A DNA stretch of 64,000 bases, taken from the NCBI GenBank assembly GCA_034520945.1, contig JAXHNB010000005.1:160001-224000 (forward strand). Reading direction: 5' to 3'. The stretch comes from Trueperaceae bacterium (GTDB lineage Bacteria > Deinococcota > Deinococci > Deinococcales > Trueperaceae). The notes beneath the pieces were generated by a model. It ran no database searches. It saw only the letters and a program-made list of their open reading frames with translations, and had not been told where the DNA came from. Made by a program: the position numbers and the translations under genes. Shown here piece after piece: positions 8,794-19,316 of the stretch (position 1 is its first letter; the number at the start of each line of letters is the position of its first letter).

Positions 8794-9948
8794 TCAGGTC
8801 GTGTAGTCGGCGTTGATGCGCACGTACCCGTCGGTCAGGTCGCACCCCCAGGCGCGCCCCTCGGCGCTGCCGGCGCCCAGGTCGGCCTCGATCTCGACCA
8901 CGTCGGCGTCCAGCGCCGCCGACAGTGCGGCCGCGTCGAAGTCCAGCGGCTGGCCGCGGTACACCGTGGTTCCCTGCAGCACGATCTCGGCCTGCCGGGG
9001 GTCGAAGTCGGCGCCGCTGCGCCCCAGGCTGGAGAGGATGCGGCCCCAGTTCGGGTCGCGGCCGTGCACCGCGGTCTTGACGAGGGCGCTGCCGGCCACG
9101 GTGCGGGCGGCGGCCAGGGCGTCGCCCGCACGCGCGGCGCCCCGCACGTGCACGCGGATGAGCGTGCTGGCCCCCTCGCCGTCCGCGGCGATGCGCTCGG
9201 CCAGCTCGGCCGCGACCTGCTCCAGCGCCGCGAGCAACGACGCCTCGGAGGCGTTCACGCGCCGGCTGGACAGCAGCAACGCCATGTCGTTGGGGGAGGT
9301 GTCGCCGTCCACCGTGACCTGATTGAAGGTCCGCGCGGCCACCTCCGGCCACGCCTGGCGTAGTGTGGCGGCCGGCAGGTCGGCGTCCGTCGCCACGAAC
9401 GCCAGCATGGTGCCCATGTCGGGGTGGATCATCCCCGACCCCTTGGCGACGCCCACCACCCGCGCCCCGCCCGGCAGGGTGGCCTCCGCCACCTTGGCGC
9501 GCGTGTCGGTGGTGAGGATCGCCTGCGAGAGCCCCTCCACGCCCTGGCCCAGCGCGGCGGCCACCCGCGGCACGGCCGCCCGGACGGTGTCCATCGGCAT
9601 CGGCACGCCGATCACGCCGGTGCTGGCGGTCAGCACCTGGTCCGGGTCGAGATCGCCGAGGGCGCCGGCGGCCAGCGCCGCCAACGCTTCGTCGTCCTTG
9701 GCGCCCTGGGCGCCGGTGGCGCAGTTGGCGTTGCCGGCGTTCATGATCACCGCCCGCACCGGCGCGCCGGCCGCCAACAGCCGGCGCGTGCGGTCCACGC
9801 AGGCGGCGGACAGCCGGTTGCGGGTGCCGACGAACGCCCAGTCCAGCGGGCCGTCGGCCGCCAGGAGCGCCAGGTCCGGCCGGCCGGACGGTTTCAGGCC
9901 CGCGGCCAGGCCGGCGCTGCGGAAGCCGCGGGGAAGGGTCATGGCCAT
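8794..9948 (-). CDS. argJ: Glutamate N-acetyltransferase / ornithine acetyltransferase
   Basis: NAGNANC, LTTDT, AKGSGMIHPDMGTML, DGEGA, DPNWGRI, INADYTT. Confidence 0.97.
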   Translation of the reverse strand: MAMTLPRGFRSAGLAAGLKPSGRPDLALLAADGPLDWAFVGTRNRLSAACVDRTRRLLAAGAPVRAVIMNAGNANCATGAQGAKDDEALAALAAGALGDLDPDQVLTASTGVIGVPMPMDTVRAAVPRVAAALGQGVEGLSQAILTTDTRAKVAEATLPGGARVVGVAKGSGMIHPDMGTMLAFVATDADLPAATLRQAWPEVAARTFNQVTVDGDTSPNDMALLLSSRRVNASEASLLAALEQVAAELAERIAADGEGASTLIRVHVRGAARAGDALAAARTVAGSALVKTAVHGRDPNWGRILSSLGRSGADFDPRQAEIVLQGTTVYRGQPLDFDAAALSAALDADVVEIEADLGAGSAEGRAWGCDLTDGYVRINADYTT

Positions 9949-10997
9949 GGCGCCTCCATCTCCAGCGCGGTCGTCTCGGGGTGCGAGAAGGCGACGTTGA
10001 AGCCCTGCACCGCCTGACCGGCGGCGCCCTTGCCGAGGTTGTCGATCACGCAGAACGTGCTCACGCGGCCGTCGCGCGGGTCCACGCGAAGGGACACCAG
10101 CGCGCGGTCGGAGCCGGCGACCGCCTTGGTGTCCGGAAGCGCCTCCTGCACGTGCACCATGGGGTCATTGGCGTAGTGCGCCTCGTAGAGCTCGAACAGC
10201 GCGTCCTGATCGGCGTCGCGCGTGAGGCGGGTCGTGCAGGTCGCCAGGATGCCGCGCGTCATCGGGGCGAGGTGCGGGGTCAACGAAACGCGGTGCGGAT
10301 GGTAGGGAACGTGCGTGCGCAAGGCCCGCCCCTGCTCGGCGGCGCGGCCCAGCGTCGCCTCGATCTCGGCCAGGTGCCGGTGCGTGCCGGCCGGCTTGTA
10401 CGCCCGCGCGTTGCCGTCCAATTCCGAGAAGTGCAGCGGCTGCGCGGGGGCACGTCCCGCCCCGCTGGCGCCGGTGACCACCGTGCAGGCCGGGTCCTCG
10501 CCCAGCAGGCGGGCCGACGCCAACGGCAGCAGCGCCAGGCTGACGGCGGTGGCGTTGCAGCCCGGCGCGGCCACCACCCGCGCGCCGGGGAGTTCGTCCC
10601 GGTGCGCCTCGACCAGGCCGTAGCGGCACGCCTCCCACGTCTCGGGGTGCGGGTGCTGGCCGTACCAGGTGCGGTAGGTGTCGGGATCCAGCCGCGAGTC
10701 GGCGGACAGGTCGACCACCCGGGCGCCGGCGTCCAGCGCCGCCGCCACCCACGGCGCGGTCGCCCCGTGCGGCGTGGCCAGGAACGCCACGTCCGCCCCC
10801 TCCAGCGCCTCCTCGGACGCAGTGAACGTGCCCTCGAGGAGGCCGGCGAGGTGGGGCCAAGCCTCGGTCACCGGCCGGCCGGCCAGGCTGCGCGACCCCA
10901 GGGCGAGCGTGCCGACGGCGGGGTGGCGCCGCAGGCGGCGGATCAGCCCGCTGCCGCCGTAGCCGTTGGCGCCCAGGATCGCGACACGCAGGCTCAC
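9939..10997 (-). CDS. argC: N-acetyl-gamma-glutamyl-phosphate reductase
   Basis: ILGANGYGG, FLATPH, APGCNAT, SGAG, IDNLGKGAAGQAVQ; GTGA overlap with argF. Confidence 0.93.
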   Translation of the reverse strand: MSLRVAILGANGYGGSGLIRRLRRHPAVGTLALGSRSLAGRPVTEAWPHLAGLLEGTFTASEEALEGADVAFLATPHGATAPWVAAALDAGARVVDLSADSRLDPDTYRTWYGQHPHPETWEACRYGLVEAHRDELPGARVVAAPGCNATAVSLALLPLASARLLGEDPACTVVTGASGAGRAPAQPLHFSELDGNARAYKPAGTHRHLAEIEATLGRAAEQGRALRTHVPYHPHRVSLTPHLAPMTRGILATCTTRLTRDADQDALFELYEAHYANDPMVHVQEALPDTKAVAGSDRALVSLRVDPRDGRVSTFCVIDNLGKGAAGQAVQGFNVAFSHPETTALEMEAPWP

Positions 10998-11944
10998 GAC
11001 GGCCCCCTCCCGAGCACCTCGTACAGGATCGCCTTGTGCGCGTGCAGCCGGTTCTCGGCCTGGTCGAACACCACGCTCCGGGGGTGGTGGACGGCCTCCT
11101 CGACCACCTCCTCGCCGTAGTGGGCGGGCAGGTCGTGCATGAACACGCCGCGGGGCGACAGCGCGTCGAACCAGTCGGGGGTGACCGTGTAGCCGCCAAA
11201 GGCGACGCGCCTGCGCTCGGTGTCCTCCTCGTCCCCCATCGAGATCCACACGTCGGTGTACAGCGCGTCCGCGCCCTCGGCGGCGGCGCGCGGGTCGCGC
11301 AGCAGGGTCACGTCCGCCCCGCGAGTGCGAGCCGCGTTCAGGACGTCCGCGTTCGGTTCGAACCCCTCGGGGCAGGCGATCACCAGCGAAGTGCCGGTCA
11401 GGGCGGCGGCGTTCAGGTGGCTGTTGCACACGTTGTTTCCGTCCCCGACGAACGCGATCCGCAGCCCGTCCAGGGTGCCGAACGTCTCGAGCAGGGTGAG
11501 GTAGTCGGCGGTGATCTGACAGGGGTGCACCAGGTCGGAGAGGCCGTTGATCACCGGCACGCGGGCGTGCTCGGCCAGGTCGACCAAGGTGGCGTGCCCG
11601 TAGGTGCGCGCCATGATGCCGTCCACCCAGCGCTCCAGGTTGTGCGCCACGTCGCGGATCGACTCGCGCACGCCGACGCCGATGAAGTTCTGGCTCAGCA
11701 GCACCGAGTGTCCGCCCAGCTGGTACATGGCGATGTCGAAGGTCGAGCGCGTGCGCAACGACTGCTTCTCGAAGATCATCGCCAACGTTCGGTCGGCCAG
11801 GGGCCGCGGCCGGTCCCCCTCCTTCCAGCGTCGCTTGAGCGAAAGGGCGGTGTCGAGCAGGCCGCGGAAACCGCCTCGCTCGAGGCGGGCCAAGGACAGG
11901 AAATCCTTGCCGGCCAGGCCTGGGTCCAACGTCGCGTCCGTCAT
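10994..11944 (-). CDS. argF: Ornithine carbamoyltransferase
   Basis: FEKQSLRTR, HPCQ, GDGNNV, TDVWISMG, HDLP, FDQAENR; arg gene context. Confidence 0.95.
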   Translation of the reverse strand: MTDATLDPGLAGKDFLSLARLERGGFRGLLDTALSLKRRWKEGDRPRPLADRTLAMIFEKQSLRTRSTFDIAMYQLGGHSVLLSQNFIGVGVRESIRDVAHNLERWVDGIMARTYGHATLVDLAEHARVPVINGLSDLVHPCQITADYLTLLETFGTLDGLRIAFVGDGNNVCNSHLNAAALTGTSLVIACPEGFEPNADVLNAARTRGADVTLLRDPRAAAEGADALYTDVWISMGDEEDTERRRVAFGGYTVTPDWFDALSPRGVFMHDLPAHYGEEVVEEAVHHPRSVVFDQAENRLHAHKAILYEVLGRGPS

Positions 11945-12056
11945 CGGATGGGGGTCTCCTCGAGGGGGGTCGGGAACGGCCCGCGATGCCGGTCGGCGCC
12001 CGCGTGGGCCGCGCCGGTCGCGTGGAGGGGGAAGCGTACCATGACGTCCGTCGCGC

Positions 12057-13238
12057 TCAGGCGAGCCCCAATGCGCCCAGGTACGCCGACAACAGAGCGT
12101 CGCCGACGAACAGCGACACCGCCGCGCCCAGCGCCAGGAACGGCCCGAACGGGATCTGGCGCGTGCCGCCCCGTGCGCGTTGCACCACGCCAACGATCGC
12201 GCCGCTCAGCACCGCCACGAACAGCGCCACCAGCAGCCCGTCCCAGGCCAGCACCACGCCGAGCAGGGCGGCGAGCTTCACGTCGCCGAAGCCCATCGCC
12301 ACCGGCTCGTCCTCGCCCTCCTCCGCGGCACCTTCGTCGGGCGCCCCCGCCTGGGCGCCGTCGTGCGTGTCGGCCTCCCGGCGCGCGCGGGTGCGGAGGT
12401 CGTACGCCCACCACACCGCCGCGCCGAGCAGCGCCACCGTGCCGCAGGCCGCCAGCCCGCCCGAGATGGCGAGCAGGGGGCCGACCGTGTACGGCGACAG
12501 CGCCAGGGCGACCCCCCACGCCGCCCACGCCAGCGGCTCGGGGATCCGCACCGGCCGACGCGCCAGCAGGTTCAGCGCCAGCGACGCCGCGGCCACCGCC
12601 AGGCCCGGAAGCAGACCGGCCAGCGTCCCGGCGACGGCGGCCAGGTTGGCCTGATCGAAGCCGATCGGCCACAGCCGCTCGCGGGTGTCGCGGAAGCGGC
12701 GCAGCGCCAGCGCGCCCACGCGGTTCACGACCGTGAGCGCCCCGGCGCCCAGGGCGGCGCCCAGGGCGGCGGCGCCGGGCGCCGGCAGGGCACCCTCGCC
12801 GCCCACCCACCAGGTGGCCGCCCCCAGCACCAAGATGCCCGGCAGCGTCAGCGCGTCGGGGATCTGGGTCGTGTCCAGGTCGATGAACGCGATGATCAGC
12901 AGCAATGTCCACCACGCCGCCAGCACCGTGAACGCGCCGGGCGCGTCCAGCGGCGAGGTCCGGAGCGCCAGGGCGGCGAAGCCGAGTGCGCCGAGCAGCT
13001 CGACCGCGGGGTAGCGGGCCGAGATGGGCGCGCCGCAACCGCGGCAGCGCCGGCCCTGCACCAGCCAGGAGGCCACTGGAACCAGCTCCAACGGGCCCAG
13101 CACCCGCCCGCAGGCGGGACAGGCCGAGCGGGGACGCACGATCGACGTTCCAGCGGGGAGGCGGTGGATGACCACGTTGGCGAAACTGCCCACCAGCGCA
13201 CCCAGCAGCCCGCACACGGCGGCGACGGCCAGGGTCAT
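12057..13238 (-). CDS. pilD: Prepilin peptidase (A24)
   Basis: GSFANVVIHRLP, CPAC...CRGC, FIDLD, MGFGDVKL, IPFGPFL. Confidence 0.95.
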   Translation of the reverse strand: MTLAVAAVCGLLGALVGSFANVVIHRLPAGTSIVRPRSACPACGRVLGPLELVPVASWLVQGRRCRGCGAPISARYPAVELLGALGFAALALRTSPLDAPGAFTVLAAWWTLLLIIAFIDLDTTQIPDALTLPGILVLGAATWWVGGEGALPAPGAAALGAALGAGALTVVNRVGALALRRFRDTRERLWPIGFDQANLAAVAGTLAGLLPGLAVAAASLALNLLARRPVRIPEPLAWAAWGVALALSPYTVGPLLAISGGLAACGTVALLGAAVWWAYDLRTRARREADTHDGAQAGAPDEGAAEEGEDEPVAMGFGDVKLAALLGVVLAWDGLLVALFVAVLSGAIVGVVQRARGGTRQIPFGPFLALGAAVSLFVGDALLSAYLGALGLA

Positions 13239-13341
13239 GCGGGGCGGGACGGGGGAGAGCGGAACGTGGGGCGTGACGGGTTGGGCATGCGGCTCCTTCC
13301 GGGAACGGTTCTCATCAAACCGGTGGTACGGTGCGAACGCT

Positions 13342-13857
13342 ATGAAGAGACGTACCTACGTCCCCCTCCTCGCGCTCCTGCTCCTGGCGTGCTTCGGCGC
13401 TGCCCAGGCGCAGGACGCCGCGCCCGCCACCCTGCGCGTCGCCTTCGTCGACACGCAGGCGCTGATCCGTGCCCACCCCGCCAACGACGAAATCTCCCGC
13501 CTCAGCGAGTCGCTGGACCAGGAGCTCTCCGAGCTGATCCAGCAGCGCCGGGAGCTGGCCGAGAAGCAACAGGCAGAAGGCCTGAACGCGGAGGAGCAGG
13601 AACTGCTCCAGGCGCTCAACGTCACCATCGAGACCCGCCGCGAGCGCGGCCTGTCCGACATCCGCGAGGCCGCCGCGCCGGCGGAGGAGGCCGCCAACGA
13701 GGTCATCCGCGAGATCGCGGTGGAGGAGAACTTCGAGCTGGTCCTCGACATCGAGGCGGCGAGCGGCCTGGTGGTGTACGCCGACCAGGACCTGCCCGAC
13801 ATCACCGAGCAGGCGTTGGCCATCCTCGAGGAACGATTCCAGACCGACGCCGAATAG
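13342..13857 (+). CDS. OmpH/Skp family chaperone
   Basis: Signal peptide, RVAFVD, coiled coil, LVLD...VVYAD..DIT. Confidence 0.9.
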   Translation: MKRRTYVPLLALLLLACFGAAQAQDAAPATLRVAFVDTQALIRAHPANDEISRLSESLDQELSELIQQRRELAEKQQAEGLNAEEQELLQALNVTIETRRERGLSDIREAAAPAEEAANEVIREIAVEENFELVLDIEAASGLVVYADQDLPDITEQALAILEERFQTDAE

Positions 13858-13889
13858 CCCGTTCGCGCGCAGCGCGCCGCGGCGGCCGC

Positions 13890-14636
13890 TCAGCCGTCCG
13901 GCGTTGCGCCCTCCTCGCGTAGCGACGCGAGGAGGGCGCGACCTTCGGGTCCCAGCGTGGCGCGCGACAGCAGGTCGGGCCGCCGGGCGAGGGTGCGCCG
14001 CAACGCCTGTTCGCGCCGCCAACGCTCCACGCGCGCGTGATCGCCCGAGGTGAGCACCTCGGGCACGCCCGCGCCGCCATAGGTCGCGGGGCGCGTGTAC
14101 TCGGGGTAGTCCAGCAGGCCGCCGGCGAACGAGTCCTGCCGGTGGCTGTCCTCGTCGCCCAGCACGCCGGGGATCAGACGCGAGACCGCTTCGATCAGGC
14201 ACAGGGCGGGCAGTTCGCCGCCCATCAGCACGAAATCGCCGACGGACACCTCCCGGTCGACGCGTGACTCGACGCGGGCGTCGAAGCCCTCGTAGCGTCC
14301 GGACAGCAGGCACAGGTGCGTGCGGCCCGCCAACTGCTCGACCAGCTCCTGCGTGAGGGGGGTGCCGGCGGGGCTCAGCAGCACCGTCTCGTCCGGCGGC
14401 GGGTCGTCGCGACGCGCCTCCTCCAGGGCGGCGGCCGCGACGTCGACGCGGATCACCATGCCCGCCCCGCCGCCGTAGGGCGCGTCGTCCACGCGGCCGG
14501 TGCGATTGCCGGCGAAGCGGCGCAGGTCCCGCGTCCGCACCGCGATCCGGCCCGACTGCCGCGCGCGGCCCAGGATGGCCTCCTCCAGGTACCCCTCGAC
14601 GAGGCCCGGAAACAGGGTGTAGACGGTGAAGATCAC
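13890..14636 (-). CDS. trmD: tRNA (guanine37-N1)-methyltransferase
   Basis: [42 protein letters not shown]. Confidence 0.97.
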   Translation of the reverse strand: MIFTVYTLFPGLVEGYLEEAILGRARQSGRIAVRTRDLRRFAGNRTGRVDDAPYGGGAGMVIRVDVAAAALEEARRDDPPPDETVLLSPAGTPLTQELVEQLAGRTHLCLLSGRYEGFDARVESRVDREVSVGDFVLMGGELPALCLIEAVSRLIPGVLGDEDSHRQDSFAGGLLDYPEYTRPATYGGAGVPEVLTSGDHARVERWRREQALRRTLARRPDLLSRATLGPEGRALLASLREEGATPDG

Positions 14637-15151
14637 GACGGGTCCTCCAGCAGGCCGGGTGGGGGCGCCGTGACCCGCACGGCGTCGTCGTCGACGCGCA
14701 CGTAGGGGGCGTTCAGCGGCACCAGGCGTTCCCCGTCGGGCCCGTCTACGTACAGCAGCGGGTTGGCGCCGGGCGGCGATTCGGCCGTGACGGTGCCGAA
14801 GGGGCGCCCGTCCACCACGACGGGAAGGCCGACGGCGACGGGCGCCAGCGCGCGCCGCGCCTCCTCGGGCAGGCGCGCCGGATCGACGCGCACGGCGGCG
14901 TGCCGGTGCGCCTTGGCCGCGTCGACGTGCCGGATGCGGTCGATGCGCGCCAGCCAGCCCTTCCCGTGCGGCGCGAGGTCCAGCAGCCGGGCCTCGCCCA
15001 GGCCGTCGATCCACACGCTGGGCGCCGCCCGCAACGCCGCGACCGCGGCCTCGCTCACGGGGCGCACGTACAACGCCCCCTCCAGGCCGTGGCTCCGGCC
15101 GAGATGGCCGAGAACCGCGAGGCCGGGTGGGGGCGGCTCGGGGATCGACAC
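14633..15151 (-). CDS. rimM: 16S rRNA processing protein RimM
   Basis: [21 protein letters not shown]; lies between KH gene and trmD. Confidence 0.9.
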   Translation of the reverse strand: MSIPEPPPPGLAVLGHLGRSHGLEGALYVRPVSEAAVAALRAAPSVWIDGLGEARLLDLAPHGKGWLARIDRIRHVDAAKAHRHAAVRVDPARLPEEARRALAPVAVGLPVVVDGRPFGTVTAESPPGANPLLYVDGPDGERLVPLNAPYVRVDDDAVRVTAPPPGLLEDPS

Positions 15152-15158
15152 GGGCGGG

Positions 15159-15389
15159 TCAGTCGATCAGATCGACGTCCACGCGCTGCCGCCCGTCGAC
15201 GGCGGCGCGCGCCAGCGTGCGGATCGCGTTGATGATGCGACCGCCCCGCCCGATGATGCGGCCCGCGTCGCCTTGGGCGCAGCGAACCTCGATGCGTACG
15301 CCCTTGTCGGTGCGCTCGGCCCCGACCCCCAACGCGTCCGGATCCTCGACCAGGTTCTGAACGACGTAGGTGACCAGCTCGAGCGGCAC
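15159..15389 (-). CDS. khpA: KH-domain RNA-binding protein
   Basis: GRIIGRGGRIINAIRTL; conserved rpsP-khpA-rimM order. Confidence 0.92.
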   Translation of the reverse strand: MPLELVTYVVQNLVEDPDALGVGAERTDKGVRIEVRCAQGDAGRIIGRGGRIINAIRTLARAAVDGRQRVDVDLID

Positions 15390-15400
15390 GGCCGGGTTCC

Positions 15401-15703
15401 TCAGGCGCCGGCGCCGACGCGCTTCACGTAGCCGTCGGCACGCTTGGCCCGGACCTGCCCGATGTCGACGCCGTGCGACTCCAGCAGGCGGAGCACGGTC
15501 TCGCTCGGTTGCGCACCGACCGACAGCCAGTGCGACGCGCGTTCGGTGTCGATCCGTAGCGCCGGGTCGGTGGTCTCGCGCGGGTCGTAATGCCCGAGTT
15601 GTTCCAGGAAGTCGGACGAGCGCTTCTTGCGCGCATCGACGACCACCATGCGGTAGTGGGGGTTGCGCTTGGAGCCCGTGCGCATCAGACGAATCTTGAC
15701 CAT
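15401..15703 (-). CDS. rpsP: 30S ribosomal protein S16
   Basis: [25 protein letters not shown]...GAQPSETV. Confidence 0.98.
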   Translation of the reverse strand: MVKIRLMRTGSKRNPHYRMVVVDARKKRSSDFLEQLGHYDPRETTDPALRIDTERASHWLSVGAQPSETVLRLLESHGVDIGQVRAKRADGYVKRVGAGA

Positions 15704-15898
15704 GCCTTCACTCCTCGTGGCGTCGCTGCGGGCCGAACCCGTGCGACGCGGATCGTTGCCGCTCGAATCGCGTCGGCGTGCCGCGGCGCCGGTTGAAGGC
15801 CGCCGTTCGCGCCCATCGGTCCGGGCCGGAGCCCGGGTCAGCAGTTCCCTACTCTACACGGCCGCGCGGGCGCGGCGCAAATCGCGCCGCGGCGGGCG

Positions 15899-17215
15899 TC
15901 ACGGCCGCAGGCCGCGGCCGCCGCCCTTCGGGGGCCGCCGGCCCATCCGCTTCATCATCTTCCGCATCTGTTCGTAGTTCTTCATCAGGCGGTTCACGTC
16001 CTGCACGGTGGTGCCCGACCCGCGCGCGATCCGGCGCCGCCGGCTGGCGTTCAGAAGCTTCGGGCGCCGACGCTCGGTGTCGGTCATGCTGGAGATGATC
16101 GCCTCGACCCGGCCGATCTCGCCCTCGTCGACCTCGCTACCCTCGGGAAGCATCTTTTTGGCGCCTGGCACCATGCCCAGGATCTCGCTGAACGAGCCCA
16201 TCTTCTTGAGGCGCTGCATCTGCGTCAGCATGTCCTGCAGCGTGAAGTCGGCGAGCTTGCCGGGCTCCCCCTCCTGCGCCTCGTCCCCCTCCAACGCCTT
16301 GGCCTTCTCGACCAGCGTGAGCACGTCGCCCATGCCGAGGATCCGGCCGGCGATCCGGTCGGGATGGAACGGCTCCAGGCCGTCCAGACGCTCGCTGGTG
16401 CCGGCGAAGTAGATCGGCTTGCCGGTGACGTGCATCGCCGACAGGGCGGCACCCCCGCGGGCGTCGCCGTCCATCTTGCTCATCACCAGGCCGCTGACGC
16501 CGACGCGCCCGTCGAAGCTGGTGGCGACCGGCAGCGACTGTTGCCCGGTCATGGCGTCCACCACCAACAGGCGCTCGGTCGGGCGCAACGCCGTCGCCAG
16601 GTCGGACAGCTCGTCCATCAGCGCCTCGTCGATCTGCAGGCGGCCTGCGGTATCAACGATCACCAGATCGCGGAAGTCGTTCTTCAGCCAGGCGTCCAGC
16701 CGCGCCTTGGTGGTGGCGGCCGCCTCGTCGTCCTCGACCTTGAGGATCGGTACGCCCACCTGCTTGGCGAGCACCTCGAGCTGATCCCGGGCGGCGGGAC
16801 GCTGCGTGTCGGCCGCCACCAGCAACGGCCTACGCCCCTTCGCCTTGTACTGGTACGCCAGCTTGCCGGCGGTGGTGGTCTTGCCGGAGCCCTGCAGGCC
16901 CATCAGGAGCCACACGTTGCCTTCGCTCCGCAGTTCGGGCTGGCGGGCCTCGCCGCCGAGCACCTGCTTCAACTCCTCGTGCACGACAGCGATGACGCGC
17001 TGATCAGGGTTGAGGCTCATCAGCACTTCGGAGCCGACGGCCTTCTCCTGGACGCGTTTGGTGAAGTCACGGGCGACCTCGAGGTTCACGTCCGCCTCGA
17101 GAAGTGCGATCCGCACCTCCCGCAACGCGGCCTTGACGTCGGCTTCGCTGAGCTTGCCGCGGCCGCGCAGGTTGTCGAACACCGACTGGAGTCGATCACC
17201 GAGATTCTGGAACAT
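15899..17215 (-). CDS. ffh: Signal recognition particle protein
   Basis: [33 protein letters not shown]. Confidence 0.98.
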   Translation of the reverse strand: MFQNLGDRLQSVFDNLRGRGKLSEADVKAALREVRIALLEADVNLEVARDFTKRVQEKAVGSEVLMSLNPDQRVIAVVHEELKQVLGGEARQPELRSEGNVWLLMGLQGSGKTTTAGKLAYQYKAKGRRPLLVAADTQRPAARDQLEVLAKQVGVPILKVEDDEAAATTKARLDAWLKNDFRDLVIVDTAGRLQIDEALMDELSDLATALRPTERLLVVDAMTGQQSLPVATSFDGRVGVSGLVMSKMDGDARGGAALSAMHVTGKPIYFAGTSERLDGLEPFHPDRIAGRILGMGDVLTLVEKAKALEGDEAQEGEPGKLADFTLQDMLTQMQRLKKMGSFSEILGMVPGAKKMLPEGSEVDEGEIGRVEAIISSMTDTERRRPKLLNASRRRRIARGSGTTVQDVNRLMKNYEQMRKMMKRMGRRPPKGGGRGLRP

Positions 17216-17319
17216 GGGTGTGGGTATCCTCGCGCACCTCCCCGTGCGCGCAGAAGGCGAACCGTAGGGTAGCGGACGCGCTTCGGACCGTCAAGAAGGG
17301 GGTGCTACAGTCGGGGAAG

Positions 17320-17796
17320 ATGCCGAGCCCACCGATCTCCCCCTTCCTCCGCCACGCCCTGCTGGGCGTAGCGCTCCTGGCGGCCGCGCCGTTCGCGGCG
17401 CCACCGGTGGCCGCCCAGACCCTGGCCGAGGTGACGTTCGTGGCGGCCACCTCGGCGTCGCTGGATCCCTCGATCCGGTTGCCTTCGGGCAGCGTCCGGG
17501 CGATCGGACCCGGTGTCGACGCCCTGTTGGCGCGGCTTCCGGACGCGCACGCCTGGACGGAGCCGGAGGCGTACGCCGCGCGCGGCCTCGCGACCCGCCT
17601 GCGGCCGGCCTTCGAGCATCAGGTCGCCACCTCGTTCGCCAGCGCAGGCTACTTCGAGCGTTCGCGCCGAACCCTGCAGGACGGAGAGACGGACCGGACC
17701 CGCATCGAGTTCGAGGACGCGGCCGGGCGACGCACGTTGTTGGTTCTGTTCGACGCGCCGGACGCGCTGGTATGGCTGATCGCCGTCGCGCGCTGA
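17320..17796 (+). CDS. Hypothetical secreted protein
   Basis: Signal peptide ending VAA-Q; extended -10 TGcTACAGT 8 nt before ATG. Confidence 0.7.
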   Translation: MPSPPISPFLRHALLGVALLAAAPFAAPPVAAQTLAEVTFVAATSASLDPSIRLPSGSVRAIGPGVDALLARLPDAHAWTEPEAYAARGLATRLRPAFEHQVATSFASAGYFERSRRTLQDGETDRTRIEFEDAAGRRTLLVLFDAPDALVWLIAVAR

Positions 17797-19316
17797 ACGC
17801 GGCCCCCGCACGCGGGGCCTGGGCAGACCCTCGCCGGACGCGCCTCGCGGCCGCGGCAATCGCCGCGCTCGCTCTGGTGGGCTCCGTCGTGGCGCAGCAG
17901 GACGTGGGCGAGGCGCCGGAGGTGTTGCGCGAGGCGCGGGCCGCGCTGCAAGAGGCGAGCGCCACGCCCGGGTACGCCACGCCCGACGTGCCGGTGTGGG
18001 ACCGCGCCATCCGCGCGGCGCGCGCGGCGGAGGAGGCGCTGGCGGGTGGGCCGCACGAGGCCGCCGCCGTCCGTCACCTGGCGCGGACCTACCAGGCGGT
18101 GGCCTGGTGGTCCCGGGCGGCCCGGACCTGGACGCGGCTGGAGGCGTTGGAGGGCACGCTGGAGGGCGAGGACCTCGCCGCCTGGCGCGAGGCCGTCATG
18201 CAGCTGGCCTACGCCCGCTACGAGTCGGGTGAGCCGGCGGCGGCGGCCGAACGCCTGGACGAGGTGCTGGCGGCCCTCCCGGGCGACGTGGAGGCCCTGC
18301 GCTGGCGCGGCCGGATCGCGCTGGAAGGCGGCGATGCGGAGGCCGCGGAGGCGTACTTCACGCGTGTGCTGGAACGACGCCCGGGCGACGACGAGGCGCG
18401 CTACCAGCGCACGTTGGCCCGCGAACGCCTGGCGCACGGGCGCGCCGCCAGCGACGCGTTCCGCCAGGGGGTGGCGGCCCACGGAGCCGGCGACGTGGAG
18501 ACCGCTCTCGAGGCCTTCCAGCGGGCGATCGACGCCGCGCCCGATTGGATCGCGCCCGCGCGTTGGCGGGCCCGAACCCTTCTGGAGGCCGGTCGCGACC
18601 AGGCGGCGGTCGAGGCGTGGACGGCGCTGGCCGAGCGCACCCAAGGTGACGAGGAGATCGCCTGGTTCGCACGACGGGCGCGGCTGCAGGCGCAGGTGGG
18701 CCGGCCGGCGGTGCTGGCGGCGGACGACGCCCGCGAGGCCCGCACGAACGGCGATCCCGCCGCGGCGGCCGATGCCTGGGCGCGTGCCGTCGACGCCGCC
18801 CCGGGGTGGCTGGATGCGCGCATCGGCCTGGCCCGCGCCGCGACGGACGCCGGCGACGCGGCGCGGGCCGAGGCGGCCTGGCGCGAGGTGCTGGCCCGCA
18901 CAGGCGCCGACCACCCGGCGCAGGCCGAGGCGCGCAGCGCGCTGGAGCGGATCGGCGTGCTGCGGCGCTTGGGCCCGGACCTCGGAGGCGTGTACGTCGA
19001 CGCGCTGGACGCCTACGAGCGGGGCGACGCGGACGAGGCCCGACCCGCGCTGCGCCGCGTGGTCGAGGCCGTCCCCGACTTCGCCGCGGGCTGGGCCGCG
19101 CTGGGGCGGGTGGCGTTCGCCCAAGCCGACTGGCCCGTCGCGGCCGAGGCGTACGGCCGCGCCGCGGCGCTGAACCCGGAAAACGACGACTACGCCTACT
19201 TCGCAAGCGAGGCCCGCTCGCTGGCGGGCATGACCGACCCATCCCAGGACGACCCGAACGGCGCGTCGCGTGCGCCGGACGCGTCCGACCCGAACGAGGA
19301 CACGGAGGACCCTTGA
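17772..19316 (+). CDS. Secreted tetratricopeptide-repeat protein
   Basis: Signal peptide plus multiple TPR-like units (A...F..A....P). Confidence 0.85.
   Translation: MADRRRALNAAPARGAWADPRRTRLAAAAIAALALVGSVVAQQDVGEAPEVLREARAALQEASATPGYATPDVPVWDRAIRAARAAEEALAGGPHEAAAVRHLARTYQAVAWWSRAARTWTRLEALEGTLEGEDLAAWREAVMQLAYARYESGEPAAAAERLDEVLAALPGDVEALRWRGRIALEGGDAEAAEAYFTRVLERRPGDDEARYQRTLARERLAHGRAASDAFRQGVAAHGAGDVETALEAFQRAIDAAPDWIAPARWRARTLLEAGRDQAAVEAWTALAERTQGDEEIAWFARRARLQAQVGRPAVLAADDAREARTNGDPAAAADAWARAVDAAPGWLDARIGLARAATDAGDAARAEAAWREVLARTGADHPAQAEARSALERIGVLRRLGPDLGGVYVDALDAYERGDADEARPALRRVVEAVPDFAAGWAALGRVAFAQADWPVAAEAYGRAAALNPENDDYAYFASEARSLAGMTDPSQDDPNGASRAPDASDPNEDTEDP

Noticed and set aside
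11945..12056. ARG box upstream of argF
   Set aside because: No AT-rich TGAAT/ATTCA-like palindrome visible; only a TACGCT -10
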